From: an uncultured delta proteobacterium | GTDB taxonomy: Bacteria > Desulfobacterota > Zymogenia > Zymogenales > Zymogenaceae | Length of the DNA: 64,000 nucleotides | Assembly: GCA_963735595.1 (NCBI GenBank) | Contig: CAVTLK010000004.1 | Location: 544,313 to 608,312, forward strand | Direction of reading: 5' to 3' | Shown: in pieces, positions 35,068 to 45,207 of the stretch | Numbering within the stretch: position 1 is the stretch's first letter | Layout of the letters: each line of letters begins with the position of its first letter | The notes under the pieces: generated by a model | Databases searched by the model: none | Seen by the model: only the letters and a program-made list of their open reading frames with translations | Told to the model about the DNA's origin: nothing | Made by a program: the position numbers and the translations under genes

Positions 35068-35715
35068 ATGAAAAAGAACCTCGTATTGCTGGGCCCCCCG
35101 GGCGCCGGGAAGGGCACCCAGGCAAAGATGCTCGTGGAAAAGTATGGTATTCCCCAGATTTCTACCGGTGACATTCTCAGAAAAGCGGTTGCCGCCGGTA
35201 CCGAGCTGGGTAAAGAAGCCAAGAAGGTCATGGACACAGGCGGCCTTGTTCCGGACGACGTGGTGATCGGGCTGGTGCGTGAACGTCTCAAGGAATCGGA
35301 CTGCAAGAACGGATACATCCTGGATGGATTCCCGCGAACCGTCAATCAGGCAAAATCGCTGGATGATATCCTTACCAAGATAGGTGACGGCCTGACCCAC
35401 GTCGTATCAATAGAGGTGGATGAAAAGGACCTCCTGACGAGGTTAACCGGGCGAAGGACCTGCCGGTCATGCTCGGCTATGTATCATATTACCTTCGAGC
35501 CTCCGAAGAAAAGCGGCGTGTGTGACAAGTGCGGTGGGGAGCTCTACCAGCGGGACGATGACAAGGAAGAGACCATCACGTCACGCCTGAAGGTCTACAA
35601 GCAGCAGACCGAGCCGCTGATCGCGTATTATAAGGGGACAGGGTTGCTCAGAACAGTGCCCGGTACCGGCGGTATCAAGGATATCTTCAATTCTATCGCG
35701 AAGGTGTTGGGATAG
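35068..35715 (+). CDS. adk: Adenylate kinase (Zn-lid type)
   Basis: GPPGAGKGTQA, LDGFPRT, CRSC..CDKC lid. Confidence 0.98.
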   Translation: MKKNLVLLGPPGAGKGTQAKMLVEKYGIPQISTGDILRKAVAAGTELGKEAKKVMDTGGLVPDDVVIGLVRERLKESDCKNGYILDGFPRTVNQAKSLDDILTKIGDGLTHVVSIEVDEKDLLTRLTGRRTCRSCSAMYHITFEPPKKSGVCDKCGGELYQRDDDKEETITSRLKVYKQQTEPLIAYYKGTGLLRTVPGTGGIKDIFNSIAKVLG

Positions 35716-35745
35716 TATCTGATATAACGAGAGAGGTTTTGCTAT

Positions 35746-35964
35746 ATGCCGAAAGAAGAGGCCATTGAAATCGAAGGAACCGTGCATGAGATCCTTCCAA
35801 ACGCGATGTTTAGGGTGGAACTTGATAACGGCCATAAGGTTTTGGCCCATATTTCGGGTAAGATGAGGATGCACTTCATCAAGATACTCAAGGGCGACAA
35901 GGTCACGGTGGAGCTTTCACCGTATGACCTTTCCCGCGGCAGGATCATCTACCGGGCCAAGTAA
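35746..35964 (+). CDS. infA: Translation initiation factor IF-1
   Basis: [23 protein letters not shown]. Confidence 0.99.
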   Translation: MPKEEAIEIEGTVHEILPNAMFRVELDNGHKVLAHISGKMRMHFIKILKGDKVTVELSPYDLSRGRIIYRAK

Positions 35965-35998
35965 GTCTCAGGTAGGCGATATAGAGAGGATACTAACA

Positions 35999-36112
35999 AT
36001 GAAGGTTCGTGCGTCAGTCAAGAAGATCTGCGACAAGTGCAAGATCATCAAGCGAAAGGGTATCGTTCGAGTGATCTGCGAGAACCCCAAGCACAAGCAA
36101 CGACAAGGATAA
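35999..36112 (+). CDS. rpmJ: 50S ribosomal protein L36
   Basis: [37 protein letters not shown]. Confidence 0.98.
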   Translation: MKVRASVKKICDKCKIIKRKGIVRVICENPKHKQRQG

Positions 36113-36130
36113 GAGCGATAAGGAGGAAAC

Positions 36131-36496
36131 ATGGCGCGTATCGCGGGTGTTGACCTGCCCAAGAACAAGCGTATCGAGATCGGGCTTACCTATATCTACG
36201 GTATCGGGCGTACGTCTTCGCAGGAAATATTAGCCGAGGCGGGGATTGATTTCAACAAGCGGACCGACAGCCTGACAGAAAAGGAAGTCGCCGCCATCAG
36301 GGACATCATCGACGCCAAATTTACGGTCGAGGGAGACCTGCGCAAGAAGCGGTCGATGAACATCAAAATGCTTATGGATATCGGCAATTACCGTGGACTC
36401 AGGCATCGGAAAGGCTTACCGGTGCGGGGTCAGCGGACGTCCACCAACGCCCGGACGCGGAAAGGCCCCCGTCGGGTCAAGATCAAGAAGAAATAG
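36131..36496 (+). CDS. rpsM: 30S ribosomal protein S13
   Basis: [26 protein letters not shown]. Confidence 0.99.
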   Translation: MARIAGVDLPKNKRIEIGLTYIYGIGRTSSQEILAEAGIDFNKRTDSLTEKEVAAIRDIIDAKFTVEGDLRKKRSMNIKMLMDIGNYRGLRHRKGLPVRGQRTSTNARTRKGPRRVKIKKK

Positions 36497-36508
36497 AGGG
36501 AATAGATA

Positions 36509-36901
36509 ATGGCCAAGGGCAAGAAGGTAATCAGAAAAAAGAAGGAAAGAAAGAACGTACAGGTGGGAGTAGCCCATATCCAGTCATCCTTCAATAATAC
36601 GATTGTTACTATAACCGATCTCTCGGGTAACGTCCTGTCATGGTCGAGCGCCGGTGCCCAGGGTTTCAAGGGTTCCCGAAAGAGCACCCCGTTTGCTGCG
36701 CAGATCGCCGCGGCCGACGCCGCTAAAAAGGCGATGGAACACGGATTGAGGACGGTAGACGTTCATGTTAAGGGGCCTGGGTCCGGTAGAGAAGCCGCGC
36801 TCAGGGCGCTGCAGGGTGCGGGGCTCGAGGTAAATATGATCAGGGACGTGACGCCTATTCCGCATAATGGCTGCAGACCGCCCAAGCGCAGAAGGGTGTA
36901 A
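36509..36901 (+). CDS. rpsK: 30S ribosomal protein S11
   Basis: [29 protein letters not shown]. Confidence 0.99.
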   Translation: MAKGKKVIRKKKERKNVQVGVAHIQSSFNNTIVTITDLSGNVLSWSSAGAQGFKGSRKSTPFAAQIAAADAAKKAMEHGLRTVDVHVKGPGSGREAALRALQGAGLEVNMIRDVTPIPHNGCRPPKRRRV

Positions 36902-37028
36902 CCCGGCGTCACTGCCACTAAGGGATTCACTTCCCCCCGGGCCTTTGCATTGAGTTCGGCCGAGGGGGAGATTGATATGCATTCATCGTTGAACGAAAAC
37001 CTATACAGGTTATAATCGGAGGTCTAAT

Positions 37029-37655
37029 TTGGCACGCTATCGTGGCCCGGTATGTAAACTCTGCAGAAGGGACGGCATGAAGCTCTACCTTAAGGGGGAT
37101 CGGTGCTTCTCGGAGAAGTGCGCCGTTGAGCGCCGTAACTATCCTCCCGGAGAACATGGGCAGGGAAGGACTAAATTTTCTGAATACGGAAACCAGCTGA
37201 GGGAGAAACAAAAGGTTAAACGCATGTACGGCCTCCTTGAGAACCAGTTTCACCTTTACTTTAACAGGGCCGACAGACTCAAAGGGATAACGGGGGAAAA
37301 TCTCCTGGTACTGCTGGAGAGGAGACTGGACAACATGGTGTATCGCTTCGGGTTCGCGACGTCTCGCAGCGAGGCACGGCAGCTGGTTCTCCATAACCAT
37401 TTTCTGGTTAACGGGAAAAAGGTTAATATCCCTTCGTATCTCATCAAGGTGGGAGATACGATTACGCTTCAGCAGAGTAGCCGGAAGGTAGAACGTATCG
37501 TCGAGGCCCTCGAGGTATCCTTCAGAAGAGGGATCCCGCAATGGCTTGAATTCGATAAAAACAACGTTACGGGAACCGTAAAGGCGATGCCTGCGCGAAA
37601 AGATCTGACTATGCCTATATCCGAGAACCTGATCGTTGAGCTTTATTCCAAGTAG
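37029..37655 (+). CDS. rpsD: 30S ribosomal protein S4
   Basis: [31 protein letters not shown] start after GGAGG. Confidence 0.98.
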   Translation: MARYRGPVCKLCRRDGMKLYLKGDRCFSEKCAVERRNYPPGEHGQGRTKFSEYGNQLREKQKVKRMYGLLENQFHLYFNRADRLKGITGENLLVLLERRLDNMVYRFGFATSRSEARQLVLHNHFLVNGKKVNIPSYLIKVGDTITLQQSSRKVERIVEALEVSFRRGIPQWLEFDKNNVTGTVKAMPARKDLTMPISENLIVELYSK

Positions 37656-37682
37656 GTATGGTTATTTGGGTGAGGGAGTTAA

Positions 37683-38717
37683 ATGGGAAATACGATTCAG
37701 GCGAACTGGCGGGAGCTTATTAAGCCCAAGAAACTGGTGGGCGAATCCGATGAATTAACCGAGTTTTACGGTAAATTCACAGCAGAGCCCTTTGAGAGGG
37801 GATTCGGGATTACCATCGGTAACTCGTTGAGGAGAATTCTCCTCTCCTCGCTTATGGGAACCGCCATAACGTCCGTTAAAATAGATGCTGTTCTCCACGA
37901 ATTTACGACTATTCCCGGGGTTGTCGAGGACGTGACGGATATTATCCTCAACCTCAAGGGCGTACGGTTTAAGCTGTTTGATGACGGGACGAAAACCGTC
38001 AGAATAAAGGCCGAGAAAGAAGGAAAGGTTACCGCCAAGGATATAATTTGCGACGACAGCGTCAAGATCCTCAATCCCGACCATTACATAGCGAGTATCT
38101 CCAAGGGCGGAAGCCTTCTTATGGAGATGGCCGTAAAGTGGGGAAGGGGGTACATCCCCGCTGAACGGAACAAGGAGGAGGATATGCCGATCGGAACGAT
38201 CCCGATCGACGCAATATTCTCCCCGATAAAGAAAGTAAACTATACCGTAACGGCTGCGCGGGTGGGCCAGCGGACAGACTACGATAAGCTGACGATGGAG
38301 GTCTGGACGGACGGAAGTGTCACGCCTGATGACGCGATCGCGTTCGCGGCAAAGATACTAAAAGAGCACATGAGCATCTTCATTAACTTCTTCGAGGAAA
38401 TGGAGAGCGATCAGGAAGAAATGGGCGATGGGAAATATGACTTCAACGAGAACCTGCTGCGTCCTGTCAGCGAGCTCGAGCTTTCAGTTAGGTCGTCCAA
38501 CTGCCTGAAAAACGCCAATATTCGATTCATCGGTGATCTTGTGCAGAAGACGGAAATGGACATGCTCAGGACTAAGAACTTCGGCCGAAAGTCCCTCAAC
38601 GAGATCAAGGAGCTCTTGGCTGAGATGGGACTCAGGTTCGGCATGAAACTTGATAATTGGCCGCCGAAGGATTTACCCGAATACCAGGAGCCGGAAGAAA
38701 CCGAGCCCGAGCAATAG
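37683..38717 (+). CDS. rpoA: RNA polymerase alpha subunit
   Basis: [36 protein letters not shown]. Confidence 0.99.
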   Translation: MGNTIQANWRELIKPKKLVGESDELTEFYGKFTAEPFERGFGITIGNSLRRILLSSLMGTAITSVKIDAVLHEFTTIPGVVEDVTDIILNLKGVRFKLFDDGTKTVRIKAEKEGKVTAKDIICDDSVKILNPDHYIASISKGGSLLMEMAVKWGRGYIPAERNKEEDMPIGTIPIDAIFSPIKKVNYTVTAARVGQRTDYDKLTMEVWTDGSVTPDDAIAFAAKILKEHMSIFINFFEEMESDQEEMGDGKYDFNENLLRPVSELELSVRSSNCLKNANIRFIGDLVQKTEMDMLRTKNFGRKSLNEIKELLAEMGLRFGMKLDNWPPKDLPEYQEPEETEPEQ

Positions 38718-38733
38718 CAGAAGGGGATGTGAG

Positions 38734-39321
38734 ATGCGCCACCAGAAGAATTCAAAAAGACTTGGGCGGATATCAAGCCACCGGAAGGCGATGTTTCGTA
38801 ACATGGCCACCTCGCTGTTGGATAAGAGCCGCATTGAGACCACTGAGATAAAGGCCAAAGAGCTGAGACACTACGTCGAGAAAATGATTACCCTGGGCAA
38901 ACGGGGCGATCTGCACGCGCGTCGGCAGGCGCTGGCGTTTTTACGGAGTGAGGATGTTGTCACTAAGGTCTTTGGGGAATATGCCGAAAGATTCAAGGAC
39001 AGGCCGGGTGGATACACCCGGATAATGAAGCTTGCCAATCGCGCGGGTGATAACGCCCGCATGGCGATAATCGAGTTGGTCGGGGAAAAGGAGCCGAAGG
39101 AGAAAGAAAAGGCAGCCAAGCCGGCCGATGGAAAAGATAAGAAAGAGGCAAAGGGGAAAGACAAGGCGGCGGTGAAGCCTGTCGCTAAACCCGCGTCAAA
39201 GCCGGTCAAGAAGGCCGCGGAGGCCGCACCTAAGGCAAAAAAGACGAAGGAGGCCGCTAAAAAGAGCGAAGCGGAAGACAAGGATTCGTCAAAAAAGAAA
39301 AAAAAGGAAGCGACCGAATAG
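38734..39321 (+). CDS. rplQ: 50S ribosomal protein L17 with long Lys/Ala-rich C-terminal tail
   Basis: [24 protein letters not shown]...R.GDNA. Confidence 0.98.
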   Translation: MRHQKNSKRLGRISSHRKAMFRNMATSLLDKSRIETTEIKAKELRHYVEKMITLGKRGDLHARRQALAFLRSEDVVTKVFGEYAERFKDRPGGYTRIMKLANRAGDNARMAIIELVGEKEPKEKEKAAKPADGKDKKEAKGKDKAAVKPVAKPASKPVKKAAEAAPKAKKTKEAAKKSEAEDKDSSKKKKKEATE

Positions 39322-39400
39322 CAGGGGTTACCCCCTCGCATCAGAGTGCAATCCCCGCGACAAGCGGGGTCCTGATATGAGTAACGTCGTATAGGATCAT

Positions 39401-39427
39401 AAAGGCAAGGGTGTTTTCCTTGCCTTT
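39401..39427 (+). terminator. Hairpin closing the alpha operon
   Basis: AAAGGCAAGG-GTGTTTT-CCTTGCCTTT perfect 10-bp stem. Confidence 0.55.
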
Positions 39428-39446
39428 ATCGTATGGGGGATCCGGC

Positions 39447-40370
39447 GTGAAAGACAAGAAGAAGATTATTATTGTTTCCGTTGCCGCCGTTATCGTTGTC
39501 CTGTTTATTGCGTTGATAGCGGTGCGGCTTATTCAATCAAAGCTCTTCGCGGATAAGGAGACCGGCGAGGTTGCGGGTAATCCCGTTTCCGTTGTAGAAG
39601 CCCGCGTCGATACGATCAGGAATACGCTGTTTTACACCGGTGATCTGCACGCCGAAAAGGAGGTCCTGGTCTACAGCCTGGTTATGGGAAGGCTCGTGAG
39701 ATATAACTTCAGGGAAGGCCAGGAAGTTGCCAAGGGCGCCCCGATTGCAGTCCTCGAGCATGAGGAAACATGGGATCAGTTCAAACCGATTATCGTAGCC
39801 GCTCCGATATCGGGGAGGGTCGCCGCCAATTACCTTGACATAGGAGAGCGCGCCACCCCTCAGACACCGCTCGCGCTTATCGTTGGGGGGAACCCCATAA
39901 AGGTCTTTATCAACGTCCCCGATACGGAGCTCTCCAAGATCGCCGAGGGTATGAAAGTCGAGGTTACCGTTCCCACGGTACCGGGTATTATTTATTCCGG
40001 AGCGGTGGAGCGCATCAGTCCGGTCATCGAGAGAACAACGCGAACGTCCCAGGTTGAAATAACGATCAAGGATCACGATGAGAAGCTCAGGGCCGGAATG
40101 TTCGGAGACGCCACTATTATCCTCTCGGAAAACTCCGCTGCCCTCGTGATCCCCTTTGAGTCCGTCCTTTTTGATCGTGAGGGCAGGCAGGGACCCTATT
40201 GCTACGCGGTAATCGACAATACGGCGCGAAGGCGCCCGCTGACCGTCGGTGTCATAGATGGAGAGTCGGCAGAGGTGATCTCGGGACTTGCGAAAGGGGA
40301 TAGGGTGGTCACCCTCGGCAAGGAGAACCTGAGCGACGGTACGCCGGTCGTAGTAATAGAGTCCGAGTAG
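39447..40370 (+). CDS. RND efflux periplasmic adaptor (MFP)
   Basis: N-terminal TM, lipoyl halves (GQEVAKG..APISG), ISPVI..TRT, LRAGMF, VISGL..GDRVV; GTG start. Confidence 0.9.
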   Translation: MKDKKKIIIVSVAAVIVVLFIALIAVRLIQSKLFADKETGEVAGNPVSVVEARVDTIRNTLFYTGDLHAEKEVLVYSLVMGRLVRYNFREGQEVAKGAPIAVLEHEETWDQFKPIIVAAPISGRVAANYLDIGERATPQTPLALIVGGNPIKVFINVPDTELSKIAEGMKVEVTVPTVPGIIYSGAVERISPVIERTTRTSQVEITIKDHDEKLRAGMFGDATIILSENSAALVIPFESVLFDREGRQGPYCYAVIDNTARRRPLTVGVIDGESAEVISGLAKGDRVVTLGKENLSDGTPVVVIESE

Positions 40371-40525
40371 CGCCGGATCGCCCGGCCCTTGGCGTGCCGG
40401 ATGAAAAGCCGCAGGGGTAAGTCTTACCTTTGGTCGCGGGGCCGAAGCTGGCGATCCTGCCGGGCGACGACGGGTGGGCCAAGACCGCCCTTACAACCCG
40501 CAAATATAATTAAGAGTATCCCGCC

Positions 40526-43500
40526 ATGTCTATTGCCAAATTCTCCGTAAAAAACCCCGTCCTGATTAATATGATTACCATCGCGGTGGTGATCCTGGGG
40601 ATTGTCTCCACCACGAGGCTCACTCGGGAGGTCTTCCCCTCTATATCATACGGCTATATCATTATCGTTACCGCCTATCCCGGGGCCTCACCCGAGGAAG
40701 TAGAAAAGGTCGTAACTACCCCGTTTGAGGAAGAGATAGCCGACGTCGACGGGATCAAGAAGCTCGAATCGGTCACGCGGGAGGGGGTCTCCACGGTGAT
40801 CATACAGGCGGAAAGCGACGTCGATGAGCTGGAGCTTGATCAACTCGTCAACGACCTCAAGAACGAGGTAGATAAGGTCACCGATTTGCCCTCCGATGTG
40901 GAGGACCCAGAGTTCATCAAGATCGCGGCGGAATTCCCGGTCGTTACCGTGGGAATTTCAGGCGACGTTCCCGAGGAGACGCTGCGGGCCGCCTCGGAGC
41001 GGATCAAATCGAGGATTGAGCTGGTCGACGGCGTTGGGACGGTGGACCGCTTCGGCTACCGGGATCGTGAGATGTGGGTCTCGGTGGACCCCCGGCGGCT
41101 TGAGGCGGCAAACCTGACGCTTTCGGAGGTAATACTTGCGATAAAGAAGAGGAACCTCAACATCCCCGGCGGCACCATCGATCAAAACCGAAAAGAGCTG
41201 CTCATCCGCACGATCGGGGAGGTGGAAAGCCCCGGCGATCTCGAGGAGGTGATCGTACGGTCGTTACCGAACGGGCCGGTCAGGGTGGGAGATATCGCGG
41301 AGGTGTCCGAGGCCTTCAAGAAGCGGGACGTATACGGGCGCATAAACGGAAAACCGGCCATCGCCCTGATGGTCACCAAGAAGGCCGACGGTGACGCTAT
41401 TGATATCGTGGACGAGATACAGGGTATCGTGGATGAAGAGCGTGCTCTCGTTCCAAAGGAAGCCCAAATAACCCTCGTACAGGATTTCGCCAAATATGTT
41501 CAGCGCCGGCAGAATACGATGCTCAGCAACGGCCTTATGGGCCTCGTGCTTGTTATCATCGTGCTCATAGCGATGCTGGAGACCTGGATTGCCCTCTGGG
41601 CGGCGCTCTCCATACCCTTTTCGTTCCTCACGGCGATGATCGTGATGCACTATACGGGGATCAGCCTGAACATGCTGTCGATGTTCGGCCTGATCCTCGT
41701 GATCGGTATGGTGGTTGATAACGCTATTGTCGTATCGGAAAACTTCTTCCGGTACCGGGAGCTCGGCATGTCAACCCAGGAGGCGGCAATCACCGGGACC
41801 GGCGAGGTGGCGCTCCCGGTGGCCGCCGCCTTAACGACAAATATCGCCTCGTTCCTGCCGCTGCTTTTGACCACCGGAATCCTCGGGAAATTCATGCGGG
41901 TGATCCCGGAGGTCGCCATTATCTGCTTTCTGGCGTCCTGGTTCCAGGCGTTCATCGTTCTTCCCAGTAACCTCAACCAGTTCGTCAAGGTGAAGGTCGA
42001 TACGACCCAAAAGGAATTTCGCGGATGGTTCAAGGATTTCAGGGACTTTTACGGGAGGATGCTTGGATACTGCGTCAGGCGCCGCTACCTCATATTCTTC
42101 GGGTTGATATCAATTGCCGCGGCCACGATTATTTTCGCCCTGGTAACCATGGAGTTCGTCTGGATGGGAAAGATGCGGGCCGAGCAGTTCTTCGTGACCG
42201 TCAACAACCCCGTGGACGCCAACCTTGCGGAGACTGACCGGGTTATTAAGGAGATCGAAAAGTGCGTCATGGAGATCCCGGCCGATGAGCTGGCGTCGGT
42301 GGTAACCACCGTCGGCACCGCCCAGGGGAACACGGGTTATGAATACGGTACCTACCTCGGGCAGGTAAGCGTGGAGCTGACCGAATTCGGCTACACCGAG
42401 CGCGACTCGGACGAGACGATCAATACTATCAGGGATAAGGTCGGCCGGATTGCCGGTCCCTCCTCGGTTACCGTTGCGATGATGGATGAGGGGCCCCCAA
42501 CCGGCAAGCCCGTTTCGGTAGAGGTCAAGGGAAACGATTTTGCGACCCTGGAAAAACTCGCCGGTGAGGTGGTAGCCGAGCTCAAGACCATGAAGGGCGT
42601 CAAGGATATCGAGACGAACTACCGTCGGGGAAAGGACGAGATCAAGATCACCATAGACGAGCACAGGGTACGGACCGTGGGGCTTGACGTGGCAACCATC
42701 GCCACGGAGATAAGAAACGCGTTTGCGGGCGGCGACGCCGGAAACATCCGGCGGGGAGACGAGAAAATTGATATTGTCGTCAAGTACCATGACCACTTTG
42801 CTAATCCCAACTACCTTATGAATTTCTCCGTCACGAATATGAAGGGAGAGAGGGTTCCCATAAAGAGCGTTTCCGATATCGTCTACGGGAACGGTATATT
42901 CAAGATCTATCATTCCGAACGGAAGCGGACTATCGCCGTTACCGCCGACATCCTGCGAGAGGAGACGACCTCTGCAACAGTCAACAAGGCCCTTATTAAG
43001 CGGTTCGGCACCGTCAACAAGGAACATCCCGGCTACGTCTACGACTATACCGGTGAGTTCAGGGATACGCAGGAATCTATGGAGTCGATGGTATCGGCGT
43101 TCTGGCTTGCGCTCGGCGTCATCTTCATCATCCTGGCGGCGCTATTCCGCTCGTTTGTCCAGCCGATTATCATCATGGTTGCCATCCCGTTTGCCTTTAT
43201 CGGCGTGGTGTTCGGGCTATTTATCATGGGAGAACAGCTGTCGATCCTTGCGGTCATCGGAATAGTGGCGTTAATGGGGATCGTTGTCAATAACTCGATC
43301 CTGCTGCTCGATTTTATCAACCGGGCGCGAGAGAACGGGTCTACCATACATGACGCCGTGATCGACTCGGGCAAGACACGGCTCCGGCCGATATTGCTCA
43401 CGTCGTTGACGACCCTGGGCGGGCTCTTTCCCATGGCATTCGGCATCGGCGGCAGCGAGCCGTACCTGGCCCCGATGGCTATCTCTATGTTTTGGGGGAT

Positions 43501-43603
43501 GCTCTTCTCTACGTTACTGACGTTGTTTGCCGTACCGGCACTGTATATCATTACAGAGGATTTTAAGGTCAAGCTGGGGATGGCGGCCGGGGGCAAGAAG
43601 TGA
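40526..43603 (+). CDS. RND transporter permease (AcrB/AcrD/AcrF family)
   Basis: YPGASPEEVE, GMVVDNAIVVSEN, GIVVNNSILL, RLRPILLTSLTT; 1025 aa. Confidence 0.95.
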   Translation: MSIAKFSVKNPVLINMITIAVVILGIVSTTRLTREVFPSISYGYIIIVTAYPGASPEEVEKVVTTPFEEEIADVDGIKKLESVTREGVSTVIIQAESDVDELELDQLVNDLKNEVDKVTDLPSDVEDPEFIKIAAEFPVVTVGISGDVPEETLRAASERIKSRIELVDGVGTVDRFGYRDREMWVSVDPRRLEAANLTLSEVILAIKKRNLNIPGGTIDQNRKELLIRTIGEVESPGDLEEVIVRSLPNGPVRVGDIAEVSEAFKKRDVYGRINGKPAIALMVTKKADGDAIDIVDEIQGIVDEERALVPKEAQITLVQDFAKYVQRRQNTMLSNGLMGLVLVIIVLIAMLETWIALWAALSIPFSFLTAMIVMHYTGISLNMLSMFGLILVIGMVVDNAIVVSENFFRYRELGMSTQEAAITGTGEVALPVAAALTTNIASFLPLLLTTGILGKFMRVIPEVAIICFLASWFQAFIVLPSNLNQFVKVKVDTTQKEFRGWFKDFRDFYGRMLGYCVRRRYLIFFGLISIAAATIIFALVTMEFVWMGKMRAEQFFVTVNNPVDANLAETDRVIKEIEKCVMEIPADELASVVTTVGTAQGNTGYEYGTYLGQVSVELTEFGYTERDSDETINTIRDKVGRIAGPSSVTVAMMDEGPPTGKPVSVEVKGNDFATLEKLAGEVVAELKTMKGVKDIETNYRRGKDEIKITIDEHRVRTVGLDVATIATEIRNAFAGGDAGNIRRGDEKIDIVVKYHDHFANPNYLMNFSVTNMKGERVPIKSVSDIVYGNGIFKIYHSERKRTIAVTADILREETTSATVNKALIKRFGTVNKEHPGYVYDYTGEFRDTQESMESMVSAFWLALGVIFIILAALFRSFVQPIIIMVAIPFAFIGVVFGLFIMGEQLSILAVIGIVALMGIVVNNSILLLDFINRARENGSTIHDAVIDSGKTRLRPILLTSLTTLGGLFPMAFGIGGSEPYLAPMAISMFWGMLFSTLLTLFAVPALYIITEDFKVKLGMAAGGKK

Positions 43604-44432
43604 TTCGTCTTTCCGACGTGAGTATCTCCTATAACAACGGGGATACGGGATCGTCGTTCGCGCTTACCGGGGTGAACCTTCACGTGCCCGAGGGGGCCTA
43701 CGCAGCCCTCATCGGGCCCAACGGTTCAGGCAAGACGACCCTTGCCAGGATCATCAAGGGGATCACCGAGCCCAGCGGCGGCACCGTTACGGTTGCCGGA
43801 AAGACCCTCGGTCCCGAGGAGATATCTGAGGACGTCGGCCTGGTATTCTCTAATCCGGAAAACCAAATAATCTCGACGATCGTGGAAGAAGACATCGCCT
43901 TCGGCCTGGAAAATAGAGGCGTTAAAGCTTCCGAAATGAGACGGCGGGTCCGCCGGATCATCCGGCGGCTCGGCCTGGAGCAGTTGTCCAAGCGGCTTCC
44001 CCACACGCTATCCGGCGGAGAGCAGCAGCGGCTTGTCATCGCGGGGATACTGGTGATGGAGACCAGGATTATCGTACTTGATGAGGCCACTTCCATGCTG
44101 GATTCGAACGGCAGGCGTGATATCCTCAAACTGATCCGGGAGCTGAACGAAAAAGAGGGTATCACGGTCCTCTCCATCACCCACTCCCTGTCGGAGGCGG
44201 TGCTCTCTGATATGATCTTTGTCCTGGACGGCGGGAAAATCGCCTTCTCCGGCACACCCGGACAGTTTATCGGCAATGACCGAATACTCGCCCGGCTGAA
44301 TATCGAGCTGCCCGAGTACCTGCTCTTGCTCAAGGGTCTCATGCGTGCCGGAATCGATGTTCCCGCCACGGGCCTCGGGGTCGACGAGGTCATCGGGTCC
44401 CTGGATTTATCTTCGACGAGAAGGATGAATAA
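43600..44432 (+). CDS. ECF transporter ATPase (EcfA/CbiO-like); true stop probably TAA 44430-44432 after an indel near 44405 (ORF track reads on to 44520)
   Basis: GPNGSGKTT, NPENQII..VEEDIAFGLEN, LSGGEQQR, LDEATSMLD, ITH. Confidence 0.85.
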
Positions 44433-44734
44433 TGGCCCATACCTGCTGCCGATGCAGTCAAGAGATACCCGAGGGAGGTCTTTTTTATCACGTGAAGCTT
44501 TCGGCCGTATCGGGGTATGACGGCGTTATTAATCCTGAACACGAAGCAGAGGCTTCCGGGGATTCTGACCGATATTGGCACATCGGTCATCCACAGATCT
44601 GGAAAATTACGTCTATTTCGAGCGGGAAGCTGATCGTTTGTGCGGTCTGCCGAAAGGCGGTTATCGAGACTTTTGCAGGCAGGTGGGGATTCGACGGGGG
44701 TTCCGATAAGAATCCAGGGGATTTCCTGCATTGA
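44432..44734 (+). CDS. Small Zn-ribbon-like hypothetical protein (internal compensating indels)
   Basis: CCRC near N-terminus, CAVCR near C-terminus; TAATG overlap; central part reads better in other frames (LPGILTDI, STDLENYVYFER). Confidence 0.6.
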   Translation: MAHTCCRCSQEIPEGGLFYHVKLSAVSGYDGVINPEHEAEASGDSDRYWHIGHPQIWKITSISSGKLIVCAVCRKAVIETFAGRWGFDGGSDKNPGDFLH

Positions 44735-44763
44735 AATATGACGATATTTACCGTTGTTATCGG

Positions 44764-44792
44764 TTGACAGAATCGCCGTTTTTTGTGATAAT
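44764..44792 (+). promoter_or_regulatory. sigma70 promoter for romX-like/rluD/pgeF/coaE unit
   Basis: TTGACA-17 nt-GATAAT with TG extension. Confidence 0.65.
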
Positions 44793-44937
44793 GGCCCATC
44801 ACGGCAGAAATCCCGTACGTATCTCGTTGATTTTTCCACGGAGTCCGCGGACAATCGCAGGGATACAGAAGGCGTCCGGAGGTCGAACGCACCATACAAA
44901 CGACGGGTAAGCCGTCGAGGTATTGAGGAAACGGCAG

Positions 44938-45200
44938 ATGGCACTCATTAGCGATCCAGAAGCCGCAAAACGGCTCGCAGAACGATCATATCCGATATCA
45001 CCATCTATAACAAAGAGAAGGTCAAGGAGGGTCTCAGGAACGATAACCTCTTTGACGTGCTGAAGGTTGATCTGGAAAAGGGTCGAAAGGTCTACGAGAG
45101 CAAGGTATCTCCGGAGATCGTTCAAACGACCAACTTTTACGATCTTGCGATCGTCGATATTATGGTCCAACAGGCCACCGATATGAACAGCAAGATCTGA
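44938..45200 (+). CDS. RomX-like small protein (~87 aa; one-base deletion near 44979; missing from ORF track)
   Basis: Repaired translation MALISDPEAAKRLARTIISDITIYNKEKVKEGLRNDNLFDVLKVDLEKGRKVYESKVSPEIVQTTNFYDLAIVDIMVQQATDMNSKI; SD GAGGA; family assignment from recall only. Confidence 0.65.
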
Positions 45201-45207
45201 AACCGCC

